DNA from: Spirogloea muscicola
Taxonomy: Eukaryota
NCBI GenBank assembly: GCA_009602725.1
Contig: WELB01000002.1
Coordinates: 910,151 to 945,939 of the forward strand
Direction of reading: 5' to 3'
Length of the DNA stretch: 35,789 bases
The notes under the pieces are model-generated. The model ran no database searches, was not told the DNA's origin, and saw nothing but the letters and a program-made list of their open reading frames with translations. The position numbers and the translations under genes were made by a program. Positions 10,701 through 22,350 of the stretch are shown piece after piece. The first letter of the stretch is position 1. Every line of letters begins with the position of its first letter.

Positions 10701-13700
10701 CGATTTCCTTGGACAGGCTGACAACCTGGGTGCCATCTTCATCGCACTCAATGACGAGGTTGCACTTTGCTCTTTGTGCAACACTCATGAGTCTTTGGGT
10801 GCTGGATGTTCACAGCCTCTGCCCCCTTTGAGGAGCCACAACTGTTTCTCGTAAGATGGACTTGAGAACATGTTGTGGGAGGTGGTGTCTGCCACGTGCT
10901 TATGCCTGATGAGTATCTAATTTAAGCATCCTCCACTCCAGGCTTGCGAAGTGCGGGAGCTGGCTGTGGTCCTTGCGGGTCGCCTTGCAAGCCGAAATCC
11001 CGCTTATGTCTTGCCAGCCCTACGCCACTACCTCTTACAGCTCTTAACAGACCTCGAGCACAGGTATCTTCTGAAGCTTATTTATGCCTCAACCAATCTG
11101 ATCATTGTCTGCGTGTCTTGCTCTTTTCTGCAAGTGACAATTGTTTTGCCTGCTTTGGCAGTACGGACAACAAGCATCGTGAGGAAAGTGCACGTCTTCT
11201 GGGTGATCTTATCCGAGCTTGCACACGCTTGGTCCAGCCTTATATTTCGCCTATACTCAAGGTGGGCGTCATCTTTTCTGTATGCCACCAACACAGTCAC
11301 TTGAGCAGCAGACGTGTTCCTTAAAGCACTTGTGATACAGTAGACACCCTTGGTGTTTTATGTACCTGAAGGCCTTCATCCCCTTGCTGCATCTTGTGTG
11401 CTGCTTCAGTTCTTCCAGTGTGGATATAGCTATTAAAGTGTAGCCTGTCTTTGGTTCTTGCCACTTATCTGGGACACAGAAATGTGAAGGATGTAGCTCC
11501 GTGAGTACTTAATATATATGTCACTTACAAGATTTGCAACGTGAGGTTGCTTCGTTTGCTCATGAATGTCGCTGCAGCGACTCACTTATGAGAAAGGTCG
11601 CTCTTTTCAATACTCAGTCCATCTCTGCAGTATGAATTGAGGACTTACATGCCTCAGTGAGTTCCCTTGCTTCCAGGTTCTGGTAGCCAAGCTACGTGAG
11701 GGTTCCGCATCCAGCACTGGTGGAAGTGGCAGTGGCACGAGCAGTGTCGTTGCTAGTATCCTAGCAACCGTAGGGGAGCTTGCCAGAGTGGTATGTCCTT
11801 TGAGATATGAGCACCAAGGCCTGATGCATGGCGCTTGGAATTGCAAGTGCTGGTGCAATGAGAGGGTCATGTTCCTCTATCAGCACTTCTCACCAATCAT
11901 GTAGAGTAGAAATACTTGGAAGTGTGTATGCACAGGCACAAATCTTGTCACCTATACCTGCATTCTGGGGTGTCAGTGCCTGCTTCTTGACAATGACTCA
12001 GTCAAGTATGGCCAAAATGCACCAGGGGGGAAGGGCTATGCGGCCATACCTGGGGCAGCTCATGCCGCTCATAGTGGAAGCGCTCCAGGACGGTGGAGCC
12101 ATTAGCAAGCGGGAGATAGCCGTGACCACGCTGGGCCTTGTTGTGGAGAGCACAGGGTGCGTGCCTGCAAGTAGCAACCGCTGTCTGCGCGACTCACATT
12201 GTCCGACGCTCTGATGCCAGCGCACTCGTTTCACAATGCGTGTCGCAGGTACGTGGTGGCGCCCTACTCAGACTACCCGCAGCTTCTCGCCCTCCTGCTG
12301 CGCCTCCTCAATGGAGAGCTTGCCTGGTCCACCCGAAGGGAGGTCCTAAAGGTGAGTGTCCATGGAAGTGACACGAGCCTTTTCAAAGCGTATTAGAGCC
12401 GGGCCTGCATCACAACTCCTGTGTCGCGGATGACTGACATGCTTGGCGGAGCTGGCAGGTACTAGGCATCATGGGGGCGCTGGATCCACACGTGCACAAG
12501 CGGAACCTGACGGCCTTGCAAGCGGAGGCCCTGGACACGGGTGGCACCTTGCATGGGCTGCAGGCGCGGTCCACAGGGGCTGCCATTGCAGGAGGAGGTG
12601 GGGGGGGTTGGGGCGAGGCAGGTGCTGCCGGTGCAGGTGGCGGAGAAGCTGCTGACGCCCTGCTGCTCCTCCCAAGTGGGGGCCTGTCACCTACGTCGTC
12701 CGAGGACTACTACCCCACCGTGGCCATCGCAGCCCTTATGCGCATCCTCCGCGAGCCCGCGATGTCGTCCTACCATCAGCGTGTCATCGGCTCCCTCATG
12801 TACATATTCAAGGTCGTCATTCCCGAGCCCGCCACCCTACTAGGTGTGCAATTGACTTTTTGCTGTGCTCCTGAGTGGGTCGTCTTAGCTGCCCTCTCCT
12901 CTGACATGTTGGAGGGTTCCTGGCTTCGGTGCAGTCAATGGGGCTCGCATGCATCCCGTACCTGCCAAAGGTATGTCATGACATTCTTGGAGGCCCTGTG
13001 AATGTGGTCATGCTGTGACCACTGTCCAGTTTAGCATCCTGCCAGCAAGGAAGCTGACCTCTTGATTTCTGCATAGGTGATGCCGGACCTCTTCCACGTC
13101 ATCCGAGTCTGCGAAGAAGGCTTGCGAGAATTCTTATTCTGGCAGCTTGCGCAGCTGGTGAACATTGTCCGCCAGGTGTGTTGCCAACCCCTCCATATGC
13201 TCCACGGGTCGAACGGCTCTTGAAGACCTGTGTGTGTGCACTGACAGCAAGTAACTGTTGTGTCAGCACATTCGCAAATACCTACCAGAACTTCTGGCCC
13301 TAGTCTACGACTACTGGTCGGTGCTTCTGCTACCCACCTCCACAAGATCTGCCACAGCCTCGCCGGTACGTCTTACATTGAATGGCCAACATATATTTCT
13401 CGCAGTGTACATTGCAGGCAACGGAATGGGCTGATTGTCAATTGCAAATTCGTGCAGGTTCTAAACCTGGTGGAGGCCCTGTGCCGAGCATTGAACGACG
13501 AGTTCCGCATGTACCTGGGCGAGGTCCTTCCTCGTTGCATACAGGTCCTTGGAGACGCCGAGCGCTCCAACGACTATGCCTATGTTCCACCTGTCCTTCA
13601 CGCCTTTGAAGTTTTCAATGGTCAGCACTGTGGCCTTGAGAGTGCGGCGATGTGACTTGATACTGTGACCTGTTTGACTTCAGCTTTTATGACGCTGCAT

Positions 13701-16700
13701 GTCCCTGTGACGCGGCCATATCAGGGAGCATGGAGGAACACATGCAGATGCTCCTGCCGGCTCTAGTTCGGCTATTCAAGCCCGGAGTGACAGATGCTCC
13801 TCTGGAGGTCCGACGAGCTGTCATTTACACGCTTGCACGCCTCGTCCCTTCAATGCAGGCAAGTGCTCAGTTTGTAGTACGGACGTCAGCATGCCTTGTC
13901 CTTCACTGCCGACATGTGCTTGGTAGTATGTCTGCATATGTGCACACCTGTCCCTCCAGACGCGCTTGATACCCTATGCGCAATGTATTGAGCTTGACAA
14001 ATTTTGCTGGCTATTCAGGTGGCAGGTTACACGTCTGCCTTACTGCATCCACTCATGCGAGTCCTTGACGGGTGAGAAGTCATCTGCATCGCCTTCAGAT
14101 ACAACCAATCAGCCAGTGAGCATAGTCTGATGGCAGAGGTTTACTGTGTGGCAGGAGTATTGAAGAACTGCGTCGGGATGCAGTGGAGGCCATCTGCGCT
14201 CTCGCAGTAACATCTGGTGCAGATTTTGTGGTGTTCCTGCCAGCACTTCGCAAGCTTCTGCGGAAGCATCACATTCAGGTAAAAGAGGCTTGCATTAAGC
14301 ACGTACACTGTCTGCCCTCAAACAATCTGCCTGTCTGAATGAGACTGGTACTTCTAATTGCAGCACCAGCATTTTGAGAGCATTGCGGGAGTACTACAGA
14401 GGAGGGAGGCGCATATGCCGAGCGATGCCATGGCCGTCCAGCCCTCTCTGAAGCAAGATCTAGGGGCACACAATGTAGGACCTTTTCACTACAGTGGGTC
14501 CACGGTCTTTGACCCTGATCCTGGCGACCAACTTGATGGCGACGGACCAGACGTTGCTGTTGCTGCTCGCAACCTGAAGGTCCATGCCTTTGCAGTTCCC
14601 TGCAGCTGACTGCTAGAAAACAGGCCGCTGGCAGAGACTTGAACAATTGTAGCTTGTTTTCTGTGGAAGGGGCTGAGGCAGCAAGTATTTCCAGGTGAAT
14701 GAGGGGCACCTGCGTAAAGCATGGGAGTCGTCTCAAAGAAGCACCAAAGAGGACTGGGCAGAGTGGATGCGCCACTTCAGTGTGGAGCTCCTCAAGGAGT
14801 CACCTTCCCCAGCTCTGCGCACTTGTGCTGGCCTTGCACAGCTGCAAGTACGAGACCGATTCGCAATTTCCCTCGAGATTTGCATGAAGGCACATCATCT
14901 CTTTGCCAAGCATCTGCTGCGTTTGTATTTTCTTGTGAGCATCACAAATATATTTTCACAGCTGTATTTGTGTGCTGAGACCACCCCCAATTGGCTGATC
15001 AGCCTCATGTTGCACGGGAGCTTTTTGCCGCCGGGTTTGTAAGCTGCTGGACAGAGCTTAACGAGGGCTACCAAGACCAGCTTGTGCGGTCTCTGGAAGC
15101 TGCATTTGCCTCGCCAAACATTCCCCCTGAGATCCTGGCGACCCTTCTCAATCTTGCTGAATTCATGGAGCACGATGAGAAGCCCTTGCGTGTGGACATT
15201 CGGACACTTGGGGCCCTTGCTGAGAAGGTGGGTTAGCAAAACTTGGGCAGACCACAAGGCCTTCTGCAAAGGACTGTGCACTGTGGTTGTTTTGACTGGC
15301 TGCTGACAAGACAAAGGTGCACAACATCCTCTCCTGCTTTGCCTTCATCCAGTGTCATGCATTTGCCAAAGCCCTGCATTACAAGGAGATGGAATTTGAG
15401 GAGAGCCCTACAACAACCGTGGAGGCGCTCATTCACATCAACAACCAGCTCCATCAACACGAGGTTCTCAGACCTTGCCTTGGCAACTTGGTCCAGCCTC
15501 TCTTGAGGCTATCTCCATAATACACCTCTTCTGCTTCCTTTTGTCCTGAGTTAATCTGTGTTGATTGCAGCAACAATCGCAAGTATCTGACACCTATTTG
15601 AGGTTGACACAAACAGGCAGCAGTGGGAATATTGGTCTATGCGCAACAGAATCTGGCTGTGGTATTGAAGGAATCCTGGTAATTTGATGTCATACCCCAC
15701 ACTAGTTGTATGTGTGATTCAGTACCGCATCCACCTTTGGATGACAGCAGCCAGACTGAGATGAACGAACTGCCCTGTTGACATGCGACTTTGGACTTTA
15801 GGTATGAGAAACTGCAGCGATGGGATGAGGCATTGGCCGCTTATGCAAGGAAAGCAGCCTCTGCAACCAGTCCGCATGCAGTGCTTGAGGCAACTCTTGG
15901 TGAGTGCAGTGCCTCCTTTGCTACCTCCTACTCCATCCATACGAGCACTCTCGCTGCTCTGCAGTCATGTACTTCTTTCTGAAATCGTTTTGTCTGCAGG
16001 TCGCATGCGCTGTTTGGCAGCACTTGCCCGGAGAGAGGAGCTCAGTGTGTTGTGCCGGGAGTCTTGGGCCCCCGCAGAATCTGCTGCCCGTCTTGAGATG
16101 GCGCCAATGGTGCATAACAAGACCCTTAGCATCACCTTGGCCAAGCGTGAAGCCTGGTAGAAACATATCAGGGCTGACATTTTGTCATCTCTGGCTTGCG
16201 GCTGCTACAGGCTGCTAGTGCTGCCTGGAACATGGGGGAGTGGGATGAGATGGCCGAGTATGTGGCGGTGCTTGATGATGGCAGCAGCGAGCTGACAACA
16301 CTGGCTGGCCGCATGAATCTGCACACGACCTCTGGGCATGCGGGTTCCAGTGGTGGTACTGGGGCCTCAGATGGTGCCTTTTTCCGTGCTGTGCTATGTG
16401 TACGCCGCGCTCAGGTTTGTGTGCTTCTGCAACTGACTGTTCACCTGTGGTGCATATATCAGTCAGATGCTTGACCCTCAGAGCAATTTGTATAAACAAC
16501 AAGCACAGCAAGCTTGTTGACGTCTTCGTTGTGGAGGCTATGCAGTATGCAGAGGGTCGTGAGTATGTGGAACGGGCACGGAAGCTGCTGGCAACTGAGC
16601 TTGCCGCTCTGGTCTGTCTCAGTGCAAACACTTGCACTTCCTGCCCTACTAGGGCCTGATCATGTACTTTGTCGCGTTGTTGTAAGTGGGGCTTTCTGAC

Positions 16701-19700
16701 GTGGTCTTTGTACTGCTATCAAGGATTATGGCTCGACTGTCTCAAGGGCACACACCACTGCACTTGCAGGTCTTGGAAAGCTATGAGCGAGCATACAGCG
16801 ACATGGTACGCGTCCAGCAGCTGGCTGAGCTGGAGGAGGTGCAGGCCTCACCAACTTTCATTCCTTGCATCTGAAGTGTGCTGAGAGTAGGAAGTCAGGG
16901 CATTGTGACAATGCTTCAGCACATGACATCTGTGCACTGAGTACTCGCTAATTCCTTGTTGAACTGTCTCATTGCATTGAATGAGAAACAATGCATTGTC
17001 TAAAAGGCAAGACCAATATACACATCTGAGAAATCATCAAACTTGCTGATGCAATATACACATCTGAGAAATCATCAAACTTGCTGATGCAATTGTGCAG
17101 GTTATAGACTACTGCACACTGCCCGTCGATGATCCAGCAGCTGAAGACAGGGCGGCCCTCATTCGGCAGATGTGGCACGACCGCATCATGGGTAGCCAGC
17201 GCAACCTGGAGGTCTGGCAAGCTCTGCTTGCTGTTCGTTCTCTGGTGCTGCCAGCGCCGGAGGATGCAGCCACCTGGTTGAAGTTTGCTAGCTTATGCCG
17301 CAAGCATGGGCGAGTCCCGCAAGCTGAGGCCACGCTTCTCAAGCTCCTGCAGGTGGGTCTCTCAAACAGAGCAAGTCCTCACCGTAGAGATCTCTGCAGT
17401 TGTTGTTCTGTTGTTGCTGGCTTTGTGAATCAGACACAGCATTCTTTGGCTAGCCTGTGTGATTGTTGGTCGATGTATCTTTCGGTTGACCTCTTGCAGC
17501 TACTTCTCCTATCGTATCACAGAACCTAGCATTAGCATCTCTTGTCAGACGGGCCCTTGTTCAATGATATAAATGATCAAGCAGAAATTGTGTTGACTTG
17601 AAGTTGTTTCGCATGACCAGTATGACCCCAATACAAGCAACAGCGAGCGAGAAGGGCCGTCGGCACCGCCGCAGGTCGAGCTGGCGTACCTAAAGCATGT
17701 CTGGTCGTTGGGCGGAGAGGCAAACCAGTGCCGAGCGTACGACAGCCTCACAGAGCTCGCAGCACGTCTGGACAAGGAGACAGGGGCATCGACGTATCCC
17801 AACGGGCTCAGCACCTCGCCCAGCCTCTACTTGCCGCCGTCGGGCCAGTCGCCCTCGCTGTCCACGTCTCTCATCCCCTTGTCTGCGGCGGCTCGCACAG
17901 TGCCATTGCTGGCAAGGGTCCATCTGAAGCTAGGGCTCTGGCACTGGGCACTGCACCCTGCGCTCGATGACGGCAACATCCGTGGTATGAACACCGCCAT
18001 ATTCCAGCATAGCATGTTGTGCATCTGTTTCCAATATCCTAGTATCCTAGAATGAGTACGCTGCAAGATGAATCTGAATCTCACAGAGAGTTATCCTTCA
18101 CAGTTGTGGATGGAGCAGACTCTGACATGCTGCTTGATATTACAGAGGTCGGTGCGTCCCTTAGAGCTGCCACAGAGGCCGCACGAGGCTGGGGCAAAGC
18201 ATGGCACAAATGGGCTCTTTTCAACACGGCAGCTATGAGCCACTACATGTCCAGCTCAGAGAGAGGAGCATCGAAAGCGGCTCTGCGCCATGTGGTCGCC
18301 GCCATCTCGGGCTACTTCCGATCAATTGCCCTCTCGGCAGCATCACCTACTTGCAGCGGCGACGACTGCCTCCAGGTTGACAGACCGAAATTTAGCTGAG
18401 TGCATGTCTTCTCTTGCCTTCTTGATCCCAAAGTATCATGCCTGGGAGATCAAAAGCAAAAGGGCGTCTTGATTTCTTGTTGCAGGACATTTTGAGGCTG
18501 TTAACGCTGTGGTTCAACCACGGCGCCGCTCCGGAGGTACAGGCGGCCCTGCGGGACGGCTTCGGCCACGTTAGCGTCGACACGTGGCTCTTGGTCATCC
18601 CGCAGATGATCGCCCGCATCCACAGTCAAGTAGCTGGCGTGCGGAGCCTCATCCAGGGCCTCCTAGTGCAGATTGGCGCGCACCACCCTCAAGCGCTGAT
18701 GTATCCGCTGCTCGTGGCCTGCAAGAGCATGAGCAATGCAAGACGCACGGCGGCGCAGTTCGTGGTGGACCAGGTCCGCCACCGCAGCGCGACGCTGGTG
18801 CAGCAGGCACAGCTGGTTTCGCACGAGCTCATCCGCGTGGCCATCCTGTGGCATGAGCTGTGGCATGAGACGCTTGAGGAGGCTTCACGCCTCTTCTTCG
18901 GCGAGCGCAACGTGGAGGGCATGCTCCAGACACTCCAGCCTCTGCACGCAATGCTGGACCGTGCGCCAGAGACCCTCAAAGAAATTGCATTTGTCCAGGT
19001 CGAGCTCATCTGTCCAAGCTTGAAATACAGACTATCTATTGCTTCTTAACAGATCAGATGCCTCCGTCTGGACAGGGCAGCCAGCTGAGCTTAAGATTGT
19101 CGTGCAGGCTTATGGACATGAGCTGCAGGAGGCCAACGATTGCTGCCTCAATTATCGCCGCACGGGCAGGGAGGCAGATCTGACGCAGGTTGTCACTCTC
19201 CCCTTCATTCCAAGCCGCTGTGTTTATGGACTGTTTGCTTTTATTGAGAGGTTGATGGTTACATGCTGTAATATGTGCTAATATGGCAGGCTTGGGATTT
19301 ATATTATCATGTTTTCAAGCGCATCAACAAGCAGCTTCCAAGTCTCACAACGCTGGACCTTGAGGTCTGATCAGATTTTTGCTCCCTGGGCATTGCACTT
19401 ACAAAGCGCCACAGGATGAAACACGCTTCTCTTAGAGTACTGCCAACCTCCTCATCTTACATATTTGTGCGTTATCAGAGCTAATGTCTTGCTGACCTCA
19501 AGCCATCCTTCGAAATTCGCAGTACGTCTCACCAGCTCTTGTGAATGCACGCAACTTGGAGTTAGCTGTTCCTGGCACTTATCGGGCAGGTGAGGCCAGC
19601 AGGGCTTGGCAGGAAATTTGCTTGAGTGGAAGGTTTCTCCTCTGATGGCCCACTGTGTAAGCAGTCGCAGAGCACAACATTTACTGACTAGCTTTTGGTG

Positions 19701-22340
19701 GGTCTGCTCCTTGCAGGTGCACCAGTGATTACTATTGCTGGCTTTGCACCACAATTGATAGTCATGACCTCGAAGCAGCGCCCCCGCAAGTGCACTATTT
19801 ATGGCTCAGATGGCTTAGAGTACATGTTCCTGCTGAAGGGCCACGAGGATTTGCGGCAGGACGAGCGTGTCATGCAGGTATAACGTACTTTGCAAGGGCT
19901 GCTTTGGTCCCGCTGCTTTGGTCCCACGCCCTGCAATGAGATCTTGTACGGGCCGATGCTTGCATGCTCTCTTGCACTTTGCAGCGAGCATGTGACACGA
20001 TAATGATCTTTCCTGTGCACTTGGTGACACTTGTCTACAGCTATTTGGGCTTGTCAATACACTCTTGGCAAATGCCAGGCACACGGCAGAGAAGGATCTC
20101 AGCATCCAGCGCTATGCAGTCATCCCACTCTCTCCAAACAGCGGTCTTATTGGCTGGGTGCCTAACTGCGACACACTCCATCAGCTGATTCGAGACTACC
20201 GGGAAGCTCGCAAGGCAATGCTCTCTTCAGCACATCTCTGACATGCTTCCGGAAGTACCAGCACTGCATGAGGAGGGTCAGAATGTTGAGGAGCTTGCTT
20301 CTGATGTCCTGCAGATTCAGGTAAATGTGGAGCATCGTGTGATGCTCAATTTCGCTCCAGACTATGAGCACCTTACACTCATGGCCAAAGTGGAAGTTTT
20401 TGAACATGCGCTGGAAAATGCAGCGGGCAACGACCTTGCCAAGGTGCTCTTGTGCCCTCAGAACGTGGCTGTGGTGCTCGCCAGATTGGCAATGGTGTTC
20501 GCAGCATGTCGTTGTTGGCACTTAGCAGCTTTCAGTCGCGTGACATTATTCAGCATCCTGTTGTGCTTGAGCAGGTCCTATGGCTGAAGAGCCGTAGCTC
20601 GGAAGTGTGGCTTGACCGACGAACTAGCTACACGCGCAGTTTGGCGGTTATGAGCATGGTTAGTGCTTTGCTCACTAAGCTGATCTTTCAACTGTATTCT
20701 CAGGTCACAATTGCTTACAAATAGCTGATATATTTCATCCTCTTTTCAACCTCTGCTAGGTGGGCTATCTCCTTGGACTGGGCGATCGTCATCCAAGCAA
20801 TCTCATGCTTGACAGACATAGGTAACCAGCTATGTCTGTCGCAAGCTGCAATAGGAGCAGCTGACTTATTGTTGAGTGCTCAAGGTGGGAGCTTGCTTGT
20901 ACTGTCAAGTGCTCACACATGACGAGCATGTGCAATTTCTGCAGTGGCAAGGTCATTCACATCGATTTTGGGGACTGCTTTGAAGCTTCAATGAATCGGG
21001 AGAAATTCCCGGAGAAGGTCAGCAATGAGAGTGTATTCTAGAGGACCCAAGTCTTGGTTTGGTGCAGCCATCCATGCATGCAGAGCGTTTTAGGAAAACA
21101 GATTGCTATAATCAAGTGTGTGCAAAATCGCCTAGCAGCTAACGTAGGCAAAAGGACCAACAATAGTGCAGAGAGTATTGCACCTTCTTTGCAAGCAGAT
21201 TCAGGTCAGGCAGTACTGCTCAGTGTGCATATGTGCATGCAGGTGCCATTCCGGCTGACCAGGATGCTGGTGAAAGCGATGGAGGTGAGTGGTATTGAGG
21301 GAACCTTCCGGTTCACATGTGAGGATGTGGTGCAGGTCCTGAGGACCAACAAGGACAGCGTCATGGCCATGATGGAGGTGCAAAGCAATCTCTTTTTCGT
21401 TCTAGCGGGCCTGGTTTGAGATGTTCACGCTGTTCATCGCCTATGGTTGTCTTGAAACATGTGTGCCAGCTTGGTGAGAGGTAGCCCTGACGAGGAAGTG
21501 AGCCCATGATGCAGGCCTTCGTCCACGACCCCCTCATCAACTGGCGCTTATTCAACATCAACGACACTCCACATGCGACTGCTGGCGGAGCCGGAGGAGG
21601 CGGCATCCGGCCCGCAAGCAACGACGAGCACAGCAACTTGCCATCCCCGCCGCAGCGAGGCGTGCGAGAGCGTGAGCTTCTGCAGGTACGCAGTTCGTGC
21701 CACCTTCGGAAGTCTTTTATGTGACAAGCTTAGGATGCTGGCGCCGTCGAGTCCCGCACGCCTGATAGTCTCTCCTAGGCGTCCTCCTCATGCATCAGCT
21801 GTGAATTTACCAAGTGAAGCTTCCCTAACGTGCCCTGTGTGCTGTGGCCTGCGTCGAGCCAGGCGGTGGGGCAGCTGGGCGACGCCAACGAGGTGCTGAA
21901 CGAGCGCGCGGTGGCGGTGATGACGCGCATGAGCAACAAGCTCACGGGGCGCGACTTCGTGCCCCTGGGCCTGCAGCCGTCGTCCCAGGCGGGCGGCAGC
22001 GCGGGCCCGGCGCCGACCGTGGGGCCGGCGAGCCTGGGTTCGGGCCCGCCGGGACCCGCCGTGAAGCGGACGAGCAGCATGGAGCAGGGGTCCGGCGGCG
22101 GCGGCGGTGGCGCCAGCGGTGCGGCGGGGCGGGAGGGCGAGGCGGGGCTGGGCGTGCCGACGCAGGTGCAGAAGCTGGTGGCGCAGGCGACGAGCCACGA
22201 GAACCTGTGCCAGAGCTACATCGGGTACGCGCGCGGCCCGCGGCGGCGGCGACGTCGGGCGGCGGCGGCGGCAATGGCGGCGGCGGGGGGACTGACGCGG
22301 CGGCGGCGGCGCGGGTGGCAGGTGGTGCCCGTTCTGGTGA
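7722..22340 (+). CDS. TOR: Target of rapamycin kinase (HEAT-FAT-FRB-PIKK kinase-FATC), 48 exons, 7860 nt CDS, about 2619 aa. Exons: 7722-8240, 8383-8654, 8775-8934, 9061-9204, 9311-9480, 9577-9829, 10023-10313, 10606-10758, 10942-11063, 11162-11261, 11677-11790, 12026-12156, 12249-12351, 12459-12812, 12935-12970, 13077-13175, 13267-13365, 13458-13620, 13725-13858, 14019-14071, 14155-14278, 14364-14579, 14695-14847, 15003-15227, 15353-15463, 15617-15678, 15802-15899, 16000-16109, 16211-16414, 16546-16611, 16770-16838, 17101-17352, 17621-17984, 18146-18375, 18486-18998, 19108-19188, 19290-19364, 19523-19589, 19717-19877, 20041-20214, 20315-20443, 20575-20658, 20760-20821, 20945-21017, 21243-21377, 21515-21685, 21863-22224, 22322-22340
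   Basis: Plant-TOR N-terminus ([22 protein letters not shown]), [52 protein letters not shown]...[13 protein letters not shown], kinase [53 protein letters not shown]-stop. Exon phases sum to an open frame. Confidence 0.98.
17014..17093. repeat. Perfect 38-bp tandem duplication in TOR intron 31
   Basis: caatatacacatctgagaaatcatcaaacttgctgatg at 17014-17051 and 17052-17089, followed by caat. Confidence 0.95.
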
Positions 22341-22350
22341 GCGGCGAGGN

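Noticed and set aside
11064..11161. TOR intron starting GTATCTT as a possible U12-type intron
   Set aside because: Does not match RTATCCTT and has no TCCTTAAC-like branch site near the acceptor.
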